IMG/VR virus record: IMGVR_UViG_3300027656_000021
Coordinates: 1 to 37,329 of that record
Reading direction: 5' to 3' (one strand)
Origin: a virus
Lineage: Duplodnaviria > Caudoviricetes
DNA: 37,329 bases
The notes under the pieces were generated by a model. That model was not told the DNA's origin. It saw nothing but the letters and a program-made list of their open reading frames with translations, and searched no databases. Positions 1 through 8,244 of the stretch are shown here, one piece after another. Each line of letters starts with the position of its first letter. Positions within the stretch are counted from its first letter, which is position 1. The translations under genes were made by a program, and so were the position numbers.

Positions 1-836
1 CCCATGCCCCAACCATTAAATGCTTTGTCACCGTAGATTTTAGCATCACAGAAGTCTTTAACTTGATTGTACCAATCATCTGCTTGATCGTGTGTTTCGC
101 CTTGCAGAACATTTAAGAACTTGCAGTTGCCATTACGATGCTTAATAAAGTATTCGTTATTAAAACGTGTAGCATTTACAGCCTGTTGATACGATTCAAT
201 ACCAGTGGCCTTGCGTCCGGCTGGACTGCGTTCAACCCATGCTGGAATATCAAGCACCATACCATAGTCCATAAGTGCATCCATCCAAGTTAACACTTGT
301 TCACGCTTCTTCTGTGCAGCATCTAAACGGGCTTGATACAGTTTGGGATGATCGATCTTAGTGTACTTTGGATTACCGTTCTTGTCTAACTTGGGATCAC
401 CGGTGGGGTGCAGTTGCGGAACTAGTTCAACACCTTTGGCATTGACTTCTGCCCACATGGCAGCAACTTCTGGACCAGTAGGGTCACGCCATTCGCCTTC
501 CCATACACCTTTACCAATCTGGAACCCACCTGAGTCACCTAGGACCCACGAGGTACTGCGGTCTCTATTACGAAACATGTCTTCGGTTTCATCTGGCTTA
601 GTCAAATCTAAGTTGGCGTGTCCTGCAGAATATAAACAATGATCAAAGTAAAATGCACCCTTATCTGGATTTAGATAATTGAGACTTTCCACACCATTGG
701 TCAAACTTGGAGGGATACGTGCAGGATCTACATAGTTTCCATAGCGTTGTTTGCCTATGAACGTTGAGTAGAAACCTGACGTAGCCGGCAAGAAGTATGC
801 GTAATCGCTTTGCTGGGCGGTCAGGTTCTTATTCAT
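1..836 (-). CDS. tRNA-guanine transglycosylase (TGT)/DpdA-like protein; 3' end runs off the window
   Basis: Not in ORF track. Translated by hand from ATG at 836 (TAATG overlap with upstream gene): MNKNLTAQQSDYAYFLP...VLGDSGGFQIG...MVLDIP...LNVLQG...FNGWGMG, open to the window edge. DSGGFQ, LDIP and VLQG are TGT-fold motifs. Confidence 0.8.
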   Translation of the reverse strand, partial: MNKNLTAQQSDYAYFLPATSGFYSTFIGKQRYGNYVDPARIPPSLTNGVESLNYLNPDKGAFYFDHCLYSAGHANLDLTKPDETEDMFRNRDRSTSWVLGDSGGFQIGKGVWEGEWRDPTGPEVAAMWAEVNAKGVELVPQLHPTGDPKLDKNGNPKYTKIDHPKLYQARLDAAQKKREQVLTWMDALMDYGMVLDIPAWVERSPAGRKATGIESYQQAVNATRFNNEYFIKHRNGNCKFLNVLQGETHDQADDWYNQVKDFCDAKIYGDKAFNGWGM

Positions 837-1564
837 TACTTGCTCTGTGCCGGTAAGATATAGTTGTATTCAGCAAGACCTGAATCAACTGTGATTTGCA
901 TAGCACCTTGATCAGTAATACGCATAGTGACATCGCCGCCCAGATTTAAGATGCTGATAACTTGAGTAACTGGCCATGCCCAATTGTGTTTAAATTTAAC
1001 TTTGACATCAGGTTGAAATGTAAAACTACCTGCGTGGGTACTGGCATCTCCAAAGAAGAAAATCAAGTTACCATTTTCAGTTTTAACTTGGAATGTGGTT
1101 TCGTCACTGTGAGCGTGAGCCTGTAATTTAAGTCGTTGAATACTGGCAATACTGGGTTGAAATTCTACGTCCCAATTGGCACCTTTAAACTTGGCAGTTT
1201 TTAATTTTTCATTAATAATTTCAGCCACCATAAATCGATAATCATTAACAAAGTCTCCAATGGTATTTTCAAAATGCAATCCAGTTGGGATCTCTTTGCC
1301 GTTGCGTTGCTCTCTAACCACTGCAATTTTTGCATTTTCTTTGTACTCTGGATTTTTCAAATGCAATGCCAACTTGTCTAAGTTAGGCATTCCAAATACA
1401 CCTTCGAATTCGTCAACCAATTTATGTGTCTTTGCCTGCACCACTACTGATCGATCTTCGGCGATTGATTCAATGATAGTTTCGTCTTCACTGGAAATTT
1501 TAACCAGCGGCAAAAAGCCTAGACTATGAGTGTGTGCTACGATGTCTTGTAAAATGTCTTTCAT
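836..1564 (-). CDS. probable DNA polymerase sliding clamp (gp45/PCNA-like)
   Basis: 242 aa, clamp-sized, ends YNYILPAQSK. Directly downstream of a PolB that ends in a clamp-binding-like motif (FNKLFDF); a clamp loader is also in the window. Confidence 0.65.
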   Translation of the reverse strand: MKDILQDIVAHTHSLGFLPLVKISSEDETIIESIAEDRSVVVQAKTHKLVDEFEGVFGMPNLDKLALHLKNPEYKENAKIAVVREQRNGKEIPTGLHFENTIGDFVNDYRFMVAEIINEKLKTAKFKGANWDVEFQPSIASIQRLKLQAHAHSDETTFQVKTENGNLIFFFGDASTHAGSFTFQPDVKVKFKHNWAWPVTQVISILNLGGDVTMRITDQGAMQITVDSGLAEYNYILPAQSK

Positions 1565-1581
1565 AATAATTCCTTTGTGTT

Positions 1582-1610
1582 AGTATATAGGTTTTTTTGT
1601 TAGAAGTCAA
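1582..1610 (-). promoter_or_regulatory. sigma70-type promoter for clamp/TGT genes
   Basis: TTGACT-17bp-TATACT, followed by an AAGGA ribosome-binding site. Confidence 0.7.
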
Positions 1611-4266
1611 ATAATTTGTTAAATGTATTTTTTTCTTCGGTGCTCTTGACGTCCCAGTTTAGAACACCAATAAGGTTATCTAATTTGTTGTCAATAATCG
1701 TCTGTTCCATTTCTTCGTGATCAAATGGTAGATCTTGAAACCATTTAGGCAATCTCAGTTCGTCCACAGGATACGCTACAGATGTGTACTCTAACGGATT
1801 TGCTTTTAGTTTGCACACAATGACCTTTTGTCCGTCTGTGATATTCATGGAGTATTTGTCATCATACATGCGTTTGAGAGTGTTCCAGTTGAGACTGGCA
1901 CGGACATGTCCTGGCATATTGGTCTTGCCCGCTTTTTCTTCTTTGCCTCGATATGCCGAAACATTGTTAGCACGTTTAGGGCTACCTTTTTCCCAACCAG
2001 GACGAGCCTTGAAGTTAGTGCGGAACTCAGTAATATGATCCAATACTTCTTGCTCTGTTGTGCCAGTTAAGACTTTTTCCAAAACGTCACTTAGAAAATT
2101 TTGAATAAATTCAGGAGTGTCTGATCGTTTCAAGTCCAACCCCATGGCTTTGATCTTACCTGGCTTGCCGTCGACGTCTGTTCGTTTTCCTTCTTTGTCG
2201 TAATACAGTACTGCATATCTCTTTTTAGTGATAAACAGTCCCTTTGAAGCAACAATTTCTCGACCGGCCTTGATAACTTCTCCACGCGATTTAGGACAAT
2301 GAAATGCATCTAACATAAACTGCGGAAACGTTGCATTTACTTCATCTGCAATCTGATCATACAAATTAACAACAGTTTCTTTAGTCCACGGAATGGAACC
2401 TTTATCAATGTCTCTTTGTAAAGTTTTGTAAGCACTAAAATAACAACTGTCAGTATCACCATAGATAACTGCTTTGCCCACGTGATTGTATTCGCCTGTG
2501 ATAATTTCGTTAACTTTGCCAGCCATGTGCTTGGCAATTTGTCTGCCAACCAGTGTGGTACTTTGTCCAATACGTTTGTCAAAGAATCTGCAACCGGGAT
2601 TCAAAATAGCACCATACAGGCTGTTCAAGTTAATTTTCTTAACTAGTTGTCGCTTGTCCCAATATTCTTCTTCAACTTTATTGCCTGCTTGAATACATTC
2701 TTTCAGTTTGGCCTGCATCTCTTTACGTTCAGCATACCAGCGTTTGAGCAAGCCTGGAATAATACCTTCCTTCTCGTAGGTAAACACAGTGCCATTGGCA
2801 CTCAACATCCAAGGTTGATTGCTTTCATAAATCAAATGATACACTTCGGCAGCACTCAGTACATCATTGTCACCGTTTTCCCAGTCAATGGTAATGTCAA
2901 ATGCCTTGTCTTGACGCATCACTGCATCATATTCCATACTGCCAAACATGCCTTCCCACGCTGCCGCAAAAGATTTTTTCTTAAGAGTGGTCTGTTCATT
3001 GATGTATTCTTGTGTCTGTACTGGACGTAGTTGTCCCACAATGGTTTCGGGGCCCATGTTCAGCGCACGAATCGCTGACGGATACAGACTGTTAATGTCT
3101 AATGATCCCACCCAATCTTGCAATCCTTCTTTGGGATATGCAACATATGCACCAGCGGCAGCAGTGTCTTCAAGTTCGTCACGTTTTATTCTATTGGGAA
3201 CTTGAAAGCCTCTACGATGACACTCATTGATAATGGCCTGTTCAGTAACTGCTACGGCACCCATTGTGGTCTGCAACAACACAGTACACTCATGTGCCAG
3301 TTTATTACTCAAGTCGATAAACTTCAATTTCTTATCTAGTTTATTCAGCAATGCACAGTCTTGACGATTGTATTCTATAAATTTTCGAAAATCATTTTTG
3401 TATAATTGATCAAGAGTGCCTTCATAGACTGTCTTGGTCTCCCCTACCTCCATCTCACCAATGGCATCCAGTCGATAGGTATGTCGTTCTTCATAGGTGT
3501 ATTTGCGATACAGTTCGAGACTGTCTAGATGCACTCGTCCATAAATGTCGTAAGTAATGGCTGATTTACCATACTTTTCATATTCACGCTTTTTGGGATA
3601 TTGGTCCCAAAGACAAAGTCTGCGAGTATCATCTTTGCTGAGTACTTTGGTAATGCGGTTCACAGTGTAGGGCATATCAAAGCCTTCGCTGTTCCAGCCA
3701 CTTAGGATATCTGCATCTTGAATCAAATTCAAAAAGGTATCTAATATGTCTGCTTCGTTGTCAAAGATATGTGTGTTGGGAATATCTTTGACCAATTGTT
3801 GTGCCTGTTCAACTGACATGCCTTTGGGAGGCATGGCCAAACAGACCAGTGTGTCTAACCATTGTAGGTGAACAGCGATGGCAGTAATTGGCATGAATGC
3901 ATCTTCGGGTGAAGCATAGCCACGTTCTGGATCAAAGTCCACCTCAATGTCCCAAAACGCCACGTTGAGTTTGGGAGCCTCGGCGTTTAGATAATTTTCA
4001 CTTAGTGTTGAAAAGATTGGATTGATATCTGCTTCGTAAAGTTTTTTGTTGCTGTGAATAGCAAGTTCTTTACGGAAATCTTTACTGTTTTTAGACACCA
4101 CTCGAGATAAAGGCTCTCCAAAAATACTTTGGTATTTGCCCCTGGCGTCTTGATGATAAAACGTATAGCGAACTGGATATTCTTTAAATATTCGTTTACC
4201 TTCGTTACTACGTTCAACTATCTTGATGATATCAGCGTCACGCTGAAAAAATGCGTCTACATACAA
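1600..4266 (-). CDS. family B DNA polymerase (gp43-like)
   Basis: 888 aa; exonuclease motifs WDIEV and GWNSEGFD; polymerase motifs LDINSLYPS, KINLNSLYG, YGDTDS, KKRY. TTG start with AGGAG SD. Confidence 0.97.
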   Translation of the reverse strand: MYVDAFFQRDADIIKIVERSNEGKRIFKEYPVRYTFYHQDARGKYQSIFGEPLSRVVSKNSKDFRKELAIHSNKKLYEADINPIFSTLSENYLNAEAPKLNVAFWDIEVDFDPERGYASPEDAFMPITAIAVHLQWLDTLVCLAMPPKGMSVEQAQQLVKDIPNTHIFDNEADILDTFLNLIQDADILSGWNSEGFDMPYTVNRITKVLSKDDTRRLCLWDQYPKKREYEKYGKSAITYDIYGRVHLDSLELYRKYTYEERHTYRLDAIGEMEVGETKTVYEGTLDQLYKNDFRKFIEYNRQDCALLNKLDKKLKFIDLSNKLAHECTVLLQTTMGAVAVTEQAIINECHRRGFQVPNRIKRDELEDTAAAGAYVAYPKEGLQDWVGSLDINSLYPSAIRALNMGPETIVGQLRPVQTQEYINEQTTLKKKSFAAAWEGMFGSMEYDAVMRQDKAFDITIDWENGDNDVLSAAEVYHLIYESNQPWMLSANGTVFTYEKEGIIPGLLKRWYAERKEMQAKLKECIQAGNKVEEEYWDKRQLVKKINLNSLYGAILNPGCRFFDKRIGQSTTLVGRQIAKHMAGKVNEIITGEYNHVGKAVIYGDTDSCYFSAYKTLQRDIDKGSIPWTKETVVNLYDQIADEVNATFPQFMLDAFHCPKSRGEVIKAGREIVASKGLFITKKRYAVLYYDKEGKRTDVDGKPGKIKAMGLDLKRSDTPEFIQNFLSDVLEKVLTGTTEQEVLDHITEFRTNFKARPGWEKGSPKRANNVSAYRGKEEKAGKTNMPGHVRASLNWNTLKRMYDDKYSMNITDGQKVIVCKLKANPLEYTSVAYPVDELRLPKWFQDLPFDHEEMEQTIIDNKLDNLIGVLNWDVKSTEEKNTFNKLFDF

Positions 4267-4281
4267 ATTGTTTTCTCCTTA

Positions 4282-4327
4282 TGTAAATTATGGCTTACAC
4301 ATACCAACGTAATCATTTATGGCTGAT
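4282..4327 (-). promoter_or_regulatory. twin hairpins in the polymerase 5' UTR (candidate translational operator)
   Basis: mRNA sense ATCA-GCCATAAA-TGAT and TGTAA-GCCATAAT-TTACA; the second ends 2 nt before the SD. Confidence 0.55.
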
Positions 4328-4343
4328 CGAACCGTAGTCTATA

Positions 4344-4634
4344 TTAATTACTTAGCATCCTAATGAGACCCACAGTGTCGATTGTGGTCAACAGTATATA
4401 GTTAGCCAACATGCCAAAAGATTTCCTAGTCCAACTAGCCCAAGCATACATAGCACAGCCAGCAATCCAAATGGGATAAAGAGTAAGAAGCGGTGGAGTG
4501 GGGACTGTGAGTGCCATAGTAATACTGCAACCAATACTAATAGCCCAAGCAAGCAACTCAACAGCAAAGCGAACTCGGTTAGACTTAAAGTCATCTCGGA
4601 TCCAATCAAAAGTGGGTTTTAAAAGTTCATTCAT
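4344..4634 (-). CDS. small multi-TM membrane protein, function unknown
   Basis: About three hydrophobic segments. Start moved to ATG 4634 (MNELLKP), which overlaps the upstream stop. Confidence 0.7.
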   Translation of the reverse strand: MNELLKPTFDWIRDDFKSNRVRFAVELLAWAISIGCSITMALTVPTPPLLTLYPIWIAGCAMYAWASWTRKSFGMLANYILLTTIDTVGLIRMLSN

Positions 4635-4896
4635 CTTTGGGTAAACGTCCGGTAACACCCAAAATCATTTCAATATCGTTCCATGCTTGTTCGTGTTCTC
4701 GCCAATTGTCTTTGTGTGCAATGGTAATGGCTTTGTTGATAATACTGGGTTTGACCTCCAATTCTTCGGCCACTGCTTTGACGGTTTCTCTAAGCCCTTC
4801 TTTGAGATCTTCAACTTCACGTAAGATGTTTTGGCCTTCGTTGATTAAACGTTCCAATTTGGCTTTTTCTTCGGGTCCATAAATTCTAGTTGACAT
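4627..4896 (-). CDS. T4 DsbA/GapR-like dsDNA-binding protein
   Basis: 89 aa coiled coil followed by KAVAEELEVKPSIINKAITIAHK; AAGGAG SD. Confidence 0.65.
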   Translation of the reverse strand: MSTRIYGPEEKAKLERLINEGQNILREVEDLKEGLRETVKAVAEELEVKPSIINKAITIAHKDNWREHEQAWNDIEMILGVTGRLPKDE

Positions 4897-4915
4897 AATT
4901 ACTCCTTGATGTTAT

Positions 4916-4945
4916 AGTATACACTACTTAGTAACTTGAGGTCAA
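4916..4945 (-). promoter_or_regulatory. sigma70-type promoter for the dsbA-like/pol operon
   Basis: TTGACC-18bp-TATACT. Confidence 0.6.
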
Positions 4946-4950
4946 CGTTA

Positions 4951-5268
4951 ATGATGAAAAAACTACTGCTAACAATGCTGATTATGAGTCAAAGTGTTTA
5001 TGCACAGAACTGGGATGACCCCAATAGAAAGTTTGACATGAACAAAAACATCCACAAGGAGATGTCGATCACGTTAAAACCAGTGCCCGATGTTCAACAA
5101 GAATGCGACACAGAAAATCGTCGACGAATGGGTAAATCATTTGGGTTTGCAGTCAATGCATGCAGTTTTTGGGACGGCAATCGTTGTGTAATCATTGTGC
5201 CTCAACGAGCCACCATGCACACATTGGGACACGAATTATTGCACTGTTATCAAGGCAATTGGCATTAA
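4951..5268 (+). CDS. small exported protein with HExxH zinc-peptidase-like motif
   Basis: Signal peptide MMKKLLLTMLIMSQSVYA; LGHELLHC near the C-terminus; followed by a terminator. Confidence 0.65.
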   Translation: MMKKLLLTMLIMSQSVYAQNWDDPNRKFDMNKNIHKEMSITLKPVPDVQQECDTENRRRMGKSFGFAVNACSFWDGNRCVIIVPQRATMHTLGHELLHCYQGNWH

Positions 5269-5292
5269 AAAAGCGCCCCAGGGGCGCTTTTT
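5267..5292. terminator. bidirectional rho-independent terminator
   Basis: AAAAAAGCGCCC-CAG-GGGCGCTTTTT between convergent genes. Confidence 0.85.
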
Positions 5293-5294
5293 GT

Positions 5295-6761
5295 TTATCT
5301 AAATAATGCTTTTCTTATTCGTTCTAAGATAGCATCATCTTGTGATTTGACACTGTTTTCGTACGCAGTACTAACAGCACCCTGTTGTACTGGGGGAGTG
5401 TAAGGTCTACCGCCTGAAGTAGTCGGTGCTGCCGGCGCGGCTGGTGCCGCTGGTTGTGGTGCACCGCCGCTCAATGCAGCCTTTTCGGCTTGTAAGGTAG
5501 CAATAAATCTTGCATTTGGTGGCAATTTGGGATCTACATTTTTACTAAATCTAGCAATTTCTTTATCATACTCTGCTGCGGTTTTGTATCTAGGTGGTTT
5601 TCCTGTAGGGGCTGGTTGTGCTCCGGCACCACCCCCCGGTGCTGTGGCCGCTGGTGCCGCCGCTGGTGCCGCCGCTGGTGCCGCTGTAGGACCACCTCGA
5701 CCACCGGCACCTGGTTTCTGTGCAGATAAAATAGCGCCTGCGGTATCGGGGTCAATAACGCCGTTGTCCTTAAGACCATTGTCTTTTTGGAATTTCTTAA
5801 TGGCTGCAACATCTGGCTTGTTATTTTTCAGCAAGCCCATTCTGCTGGCATATGCAGTTATTGCAGGAGTCATTGAGTTATTGGCTGCTGGTGTTGCAGG
5901 TTGTGCAGCACTGCCACCACCACCTGGAAACTGTTTGGCCCCGCCTAATTCTCCAGCATACTTTGCTGCAATTTCTGGCTTACGAGCCATTGCATCTCTA
6001 GTCTTTTGACCAATTTTTCCATCTGGGTTAACACCAAGTTCTCTCTGCATGTTCATAATGGAAGCCAATTGTTCTTTGCTTCCTGCCGCAGACGGTTCTG
6101 CTCTGTCTTGGGCTGCTAGTTGTGCAGCCGGTCCTGTGGCCGATGTAGCAGCAGGAGCTGCTGGTTGTGCCGCACTGCCTGGCGTCTGGGTGCTGGTAGA
6201 TGGGTTAGTGTAACCACTCCCGGTATTCATTGATGCTGGTACCGCCGCTTCTTCGCCTGGATTACCAACACCTGTTGCGGCACTAGTTGAATTTCCGCCT
6301 GCTGCATTTGCTCTCATTGCGGCACCCATATCAGCGTCAGATTGATCTGCTGCTGTCATTGCTGGAGCCGCTGCTGCCGGAGCATCTTTAAACCCTACTC
6401 GTTTGGCAATGGCTTGATCTTCAGGAGAAGTGAAATAACTTAATGGTACAGCATCTTTACCTAATACTCTGGCTACAATGTACGGATCCTGAGGATTGGC
6501 TTGTCCCATTTTTGCCTGTTGCTCGGGAGTAAGCCCAGCAGCCGGGGCAGCAGCCGCAGGCGCTGCCGGTGCTTCGCTTAAATCGTAACCAAACTCTTTA
6601 ATCAACATTTCGTAGATAGATGTTTGATTGTTGCTTTTACTGACTCGTGGACTATTGTCAACTGGTGCAGTAGCATAATGAGCATCCTCATTAAGTATTT
6701 GTTTATTTTCGATGTGATCGATTTGAGCGATCAGTTGTCTCATGTCCATGTTATTCTCCAA
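5295..6761 (-). CDS. Ala/Pro-rich protein with two peptidoglycan-binding (PG_binding_1-like) motifs; probable virion protein
   Basis: MQRELGVNPDGKIGQKTRDAM and IKKFQKDNGLKDNGVIDPDT fit the Q..L...DG..G..T pattern; low-complexity linkers. Confidence 0.7.
   Translation of the reverse strand: MENNMDMRQLIAQIDHIENKQILNEDAHYATAPVDNSPRVSKSNNQTSIYEMLIKEFGYDLSEAPAAPAAAAPAAGLTPEQQAKMGQANPQDPYIVARVLGKDAVPLSYFTSPEDQAIAKRVGFKDAPAAAAPAMTAADQSDADMGAAMRANAAGGNSTSAATGVGNPGEEAAVPASMNTGSGYTNPSTSTQTPGSAAQPAAPAATSATGPAAQLAAQDRAEPSAAGSKEQLASIMNMQRELGVNPDGKIGQKTRDAMARKPEIAAKYAGELGGAKQFPGGGGSAAQPATPAANNSMTPAITAYASRMGLLKNNKPDVAAIKKFQKDNGLKDNGVIDPDTAGAILSAQKPGAGGRGGPTAAPAAAPAAAPAATAPGGGAGAQPAPTGKPPRYKTAAEYDKEIARFSKNVDPKLPPNARFIATLQAEKAALSGGAPQPAAPAAPAAPTTSGGRPYTPPVQQGAVSTAYENSVKSQDDAILERIRKALFR
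5648..5683. repeat. 3x exact 12-bp tandem repeat encoding Ala/Pro linker
   Basis: ccgctggtgccg at 5648, 5660 and 5672. Confidence 0.9.
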
Positions 6762-7196
6762 TTATTTTAACGTTGCTCTCAGCATCCAACCATGCTTCAT
6801 GTGCGCATCTTGCCGACCAGCAAGAAAATCACTTAACCCCACAGCACCTACTGATTCAGCAGCGTCATATGCTGTTTTAATACTTTCTAAAACTATGTCA
6901 TTATCCCGTAAAAGAATCTCTAGCATATTTTTTGCTGGAGGAATTCTTTCTTCGTCGTTGATTTCAGCCAATTGACTCAGTCTAGAAAAACTGCCGGGTG
7001 CATATGAATCAATCTTACGAATATTTTCTGCAAATGGATCTATGCTGGCATATACTTCTTGATAGATGTTACCGAAGAAATCATGAAACTGCGAAAACAA
7101 CATTCCTTCCACATTCCAATGAAAATAATGTGCTTTCAAATAAAATGCAAATGAATTAGCAAATGCCTGTTTCAATGCCTGTTTTAATTCGTCCAT
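6762..7196 (-). CDS. dps: Dps-family ferritin-like DNA-protection protein
   Basis: HYFHWNVEG..FSQFHDFF..IYQE...IDPFAENIR ferroxidase signature; ends HGWMLRATLK. Confidence 0.92.
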   Translation of the reverse strand: MDELKQALKQAFANSFAFYLKAHYFHWNVEGMLFSQFHDFFGNIYQEVYASIDPFAENIRKIDSYAPGSFSRLSQLAEINDEERIPPAKNMLEILLRDNDIVLESIKTAYDAAESVGAVGLSDFLAGRQDAHMKHGWMLRATLK

Positions 7197-7201
7197 CGAT
7201 A

Positions 7202-8221
7202 TTACCTACGGTTGCCTTCGTACATGCTACCACATTCTTTAAGTCCGTGTACTGGGCATGATTTACCTTTGGGTGATTTGTTGCATTTAGCAGCCACTGC
7301 TTCTTTGATTCTATCTTTTTTCTTGGCACGTAATGCAGCCAAATCTTTGGCATCAATGTCGTTATCGTTATCAGTGTCTAGTTTCTTCTGGCCACCTTTG
7401 AGTGCTTCTTTAACATCTGTGTCTTTTTTAGCAAAAGGATTTACACCTTTCTTAGGAGCAGCACCTTTTGTGGGAGCCGATTTGCCCTTGCCAAGATCGT
7501 TCTTACCTTTGCCGTCAGCAGCAAACGCAGGAACTTTCTTTCCGTTCACAGTGGTCATAGGCAATCCACCTTCTTTAACTTTTTGGCCGTCTTTGACACG
7601 AGTCACAGAACCTGGAAAACGTTTTTCATAGTTCTGGCCTTCTTTTTCTCGGGCTTTGTCCATGGCCCTGGCTGCTGCTTTTTCTGCTGCTGATTGTGAC
7701 GTGGCATTGCTGGCAGGTTCAGTATGTGGGTCATCGCTGAATCTTTTTGGATTTTCTTTATGCTTAACACCTGTACGGTTACCATCTTTGTCAGTCTGAA
7801 CTTGTGTTGTGCCACCTGTAGAAGACTTTTCTTCATTGGCCAGTTGACGCATTTCTTCTAATTCTTTGTCAGTCTTGTGACGCTTGTGTTTCATAGCATC
7901 TACTTTTTTCAATGCTTTGACCTTTTCTTTTGCTTCAACTAGACGTTGTTGCAACTGACCACGTAGATCATTTTCGTAAACTTCGGCATTTTCCAATGCT
8001 TCGCCATACTCAGAAACTTTCATTTCATAGGCCATGAAGTGATAAACACTGGCAATGTAGTCAGCAGATTTGGTAATCTTGGCCTGGACCCATCCCTCTA
8101 GTTGTTGACCTTCGTGGATCATTTTAAACAGTTTGGCACTGTATTGTGCTAACTTGTACAGATCAGCGCGAGCCATGGCTGCTTCGTGATCGTCTTCTGG
8201 CATGTGATGCATATCGTGCAT
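7202..8221 (-). CDS. modular basic protein, probable internal head protein
   Basis: Helical N-terminal domain (LEGWVQAKITKSADY), then short Lys-rich modules separated by LVE/LEE/VKE/IKE; includes EF-hand-like DTDNDNDID and a CPVHG module. Confidence 0.65.
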   Translation of the reverse strand: MHDMHHMPEDDHEAAMARADLYKLAQYSAKLFKMIHEGQQLEGWVQAKITKSADYIASVYHFMAYEMKVSEYGEALENAEVYENDLRGQLQQRLVEAKEKVKALKKVDAMKHKRHKTDKELEEMRQLANEEKSSTGGTTQVQTDKDGNRTGVKHKENPKRFSDDPHTEPASNATSQSAAEKAAARAMDKAREKEGQNYEKRFPGSVTRVKDGQKVKEGGLPMTTVNGKKVPAFAADGKGKNDLGKGKSAPTKGAAPKKGVNPFAKKDTDVKEALKGGQKKLDTDNDNDIDAKDLAALRAKKKDRIKEAVAAKCNKSPKGKSCPVHGLKECGSMYEGNRR

Positions 8222-8238
8222 ATTAAACTCCGTTCTAT

Positions 8239-8244
8239 TATTTA
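8239..8244 (-). promoter_or_regulatory. TAAATA T4-like late promoter core
   Basis: TAAATA just upstream of the GGAG SD and ATG at 8221. Confidence 0.4.

Noticed and set aside
1600-4266. Intein or intron in the polymerase
   Set aside because: Normal length, contiguous motifs, no splice-junction or homing-endonuclease signature seen.
5648-5683. 12-bp tandem repeat as a phase-variation locus
   Set aside because: Unit is a multiple of three in a low-complexity linker; it changes length only.
6291-6300. Other TTCCGCC matches (about 6293, 24089, 36875)
   Set aside because: They encode Gly-Gly-Asn in a different frame and lack the rest of the repeat.
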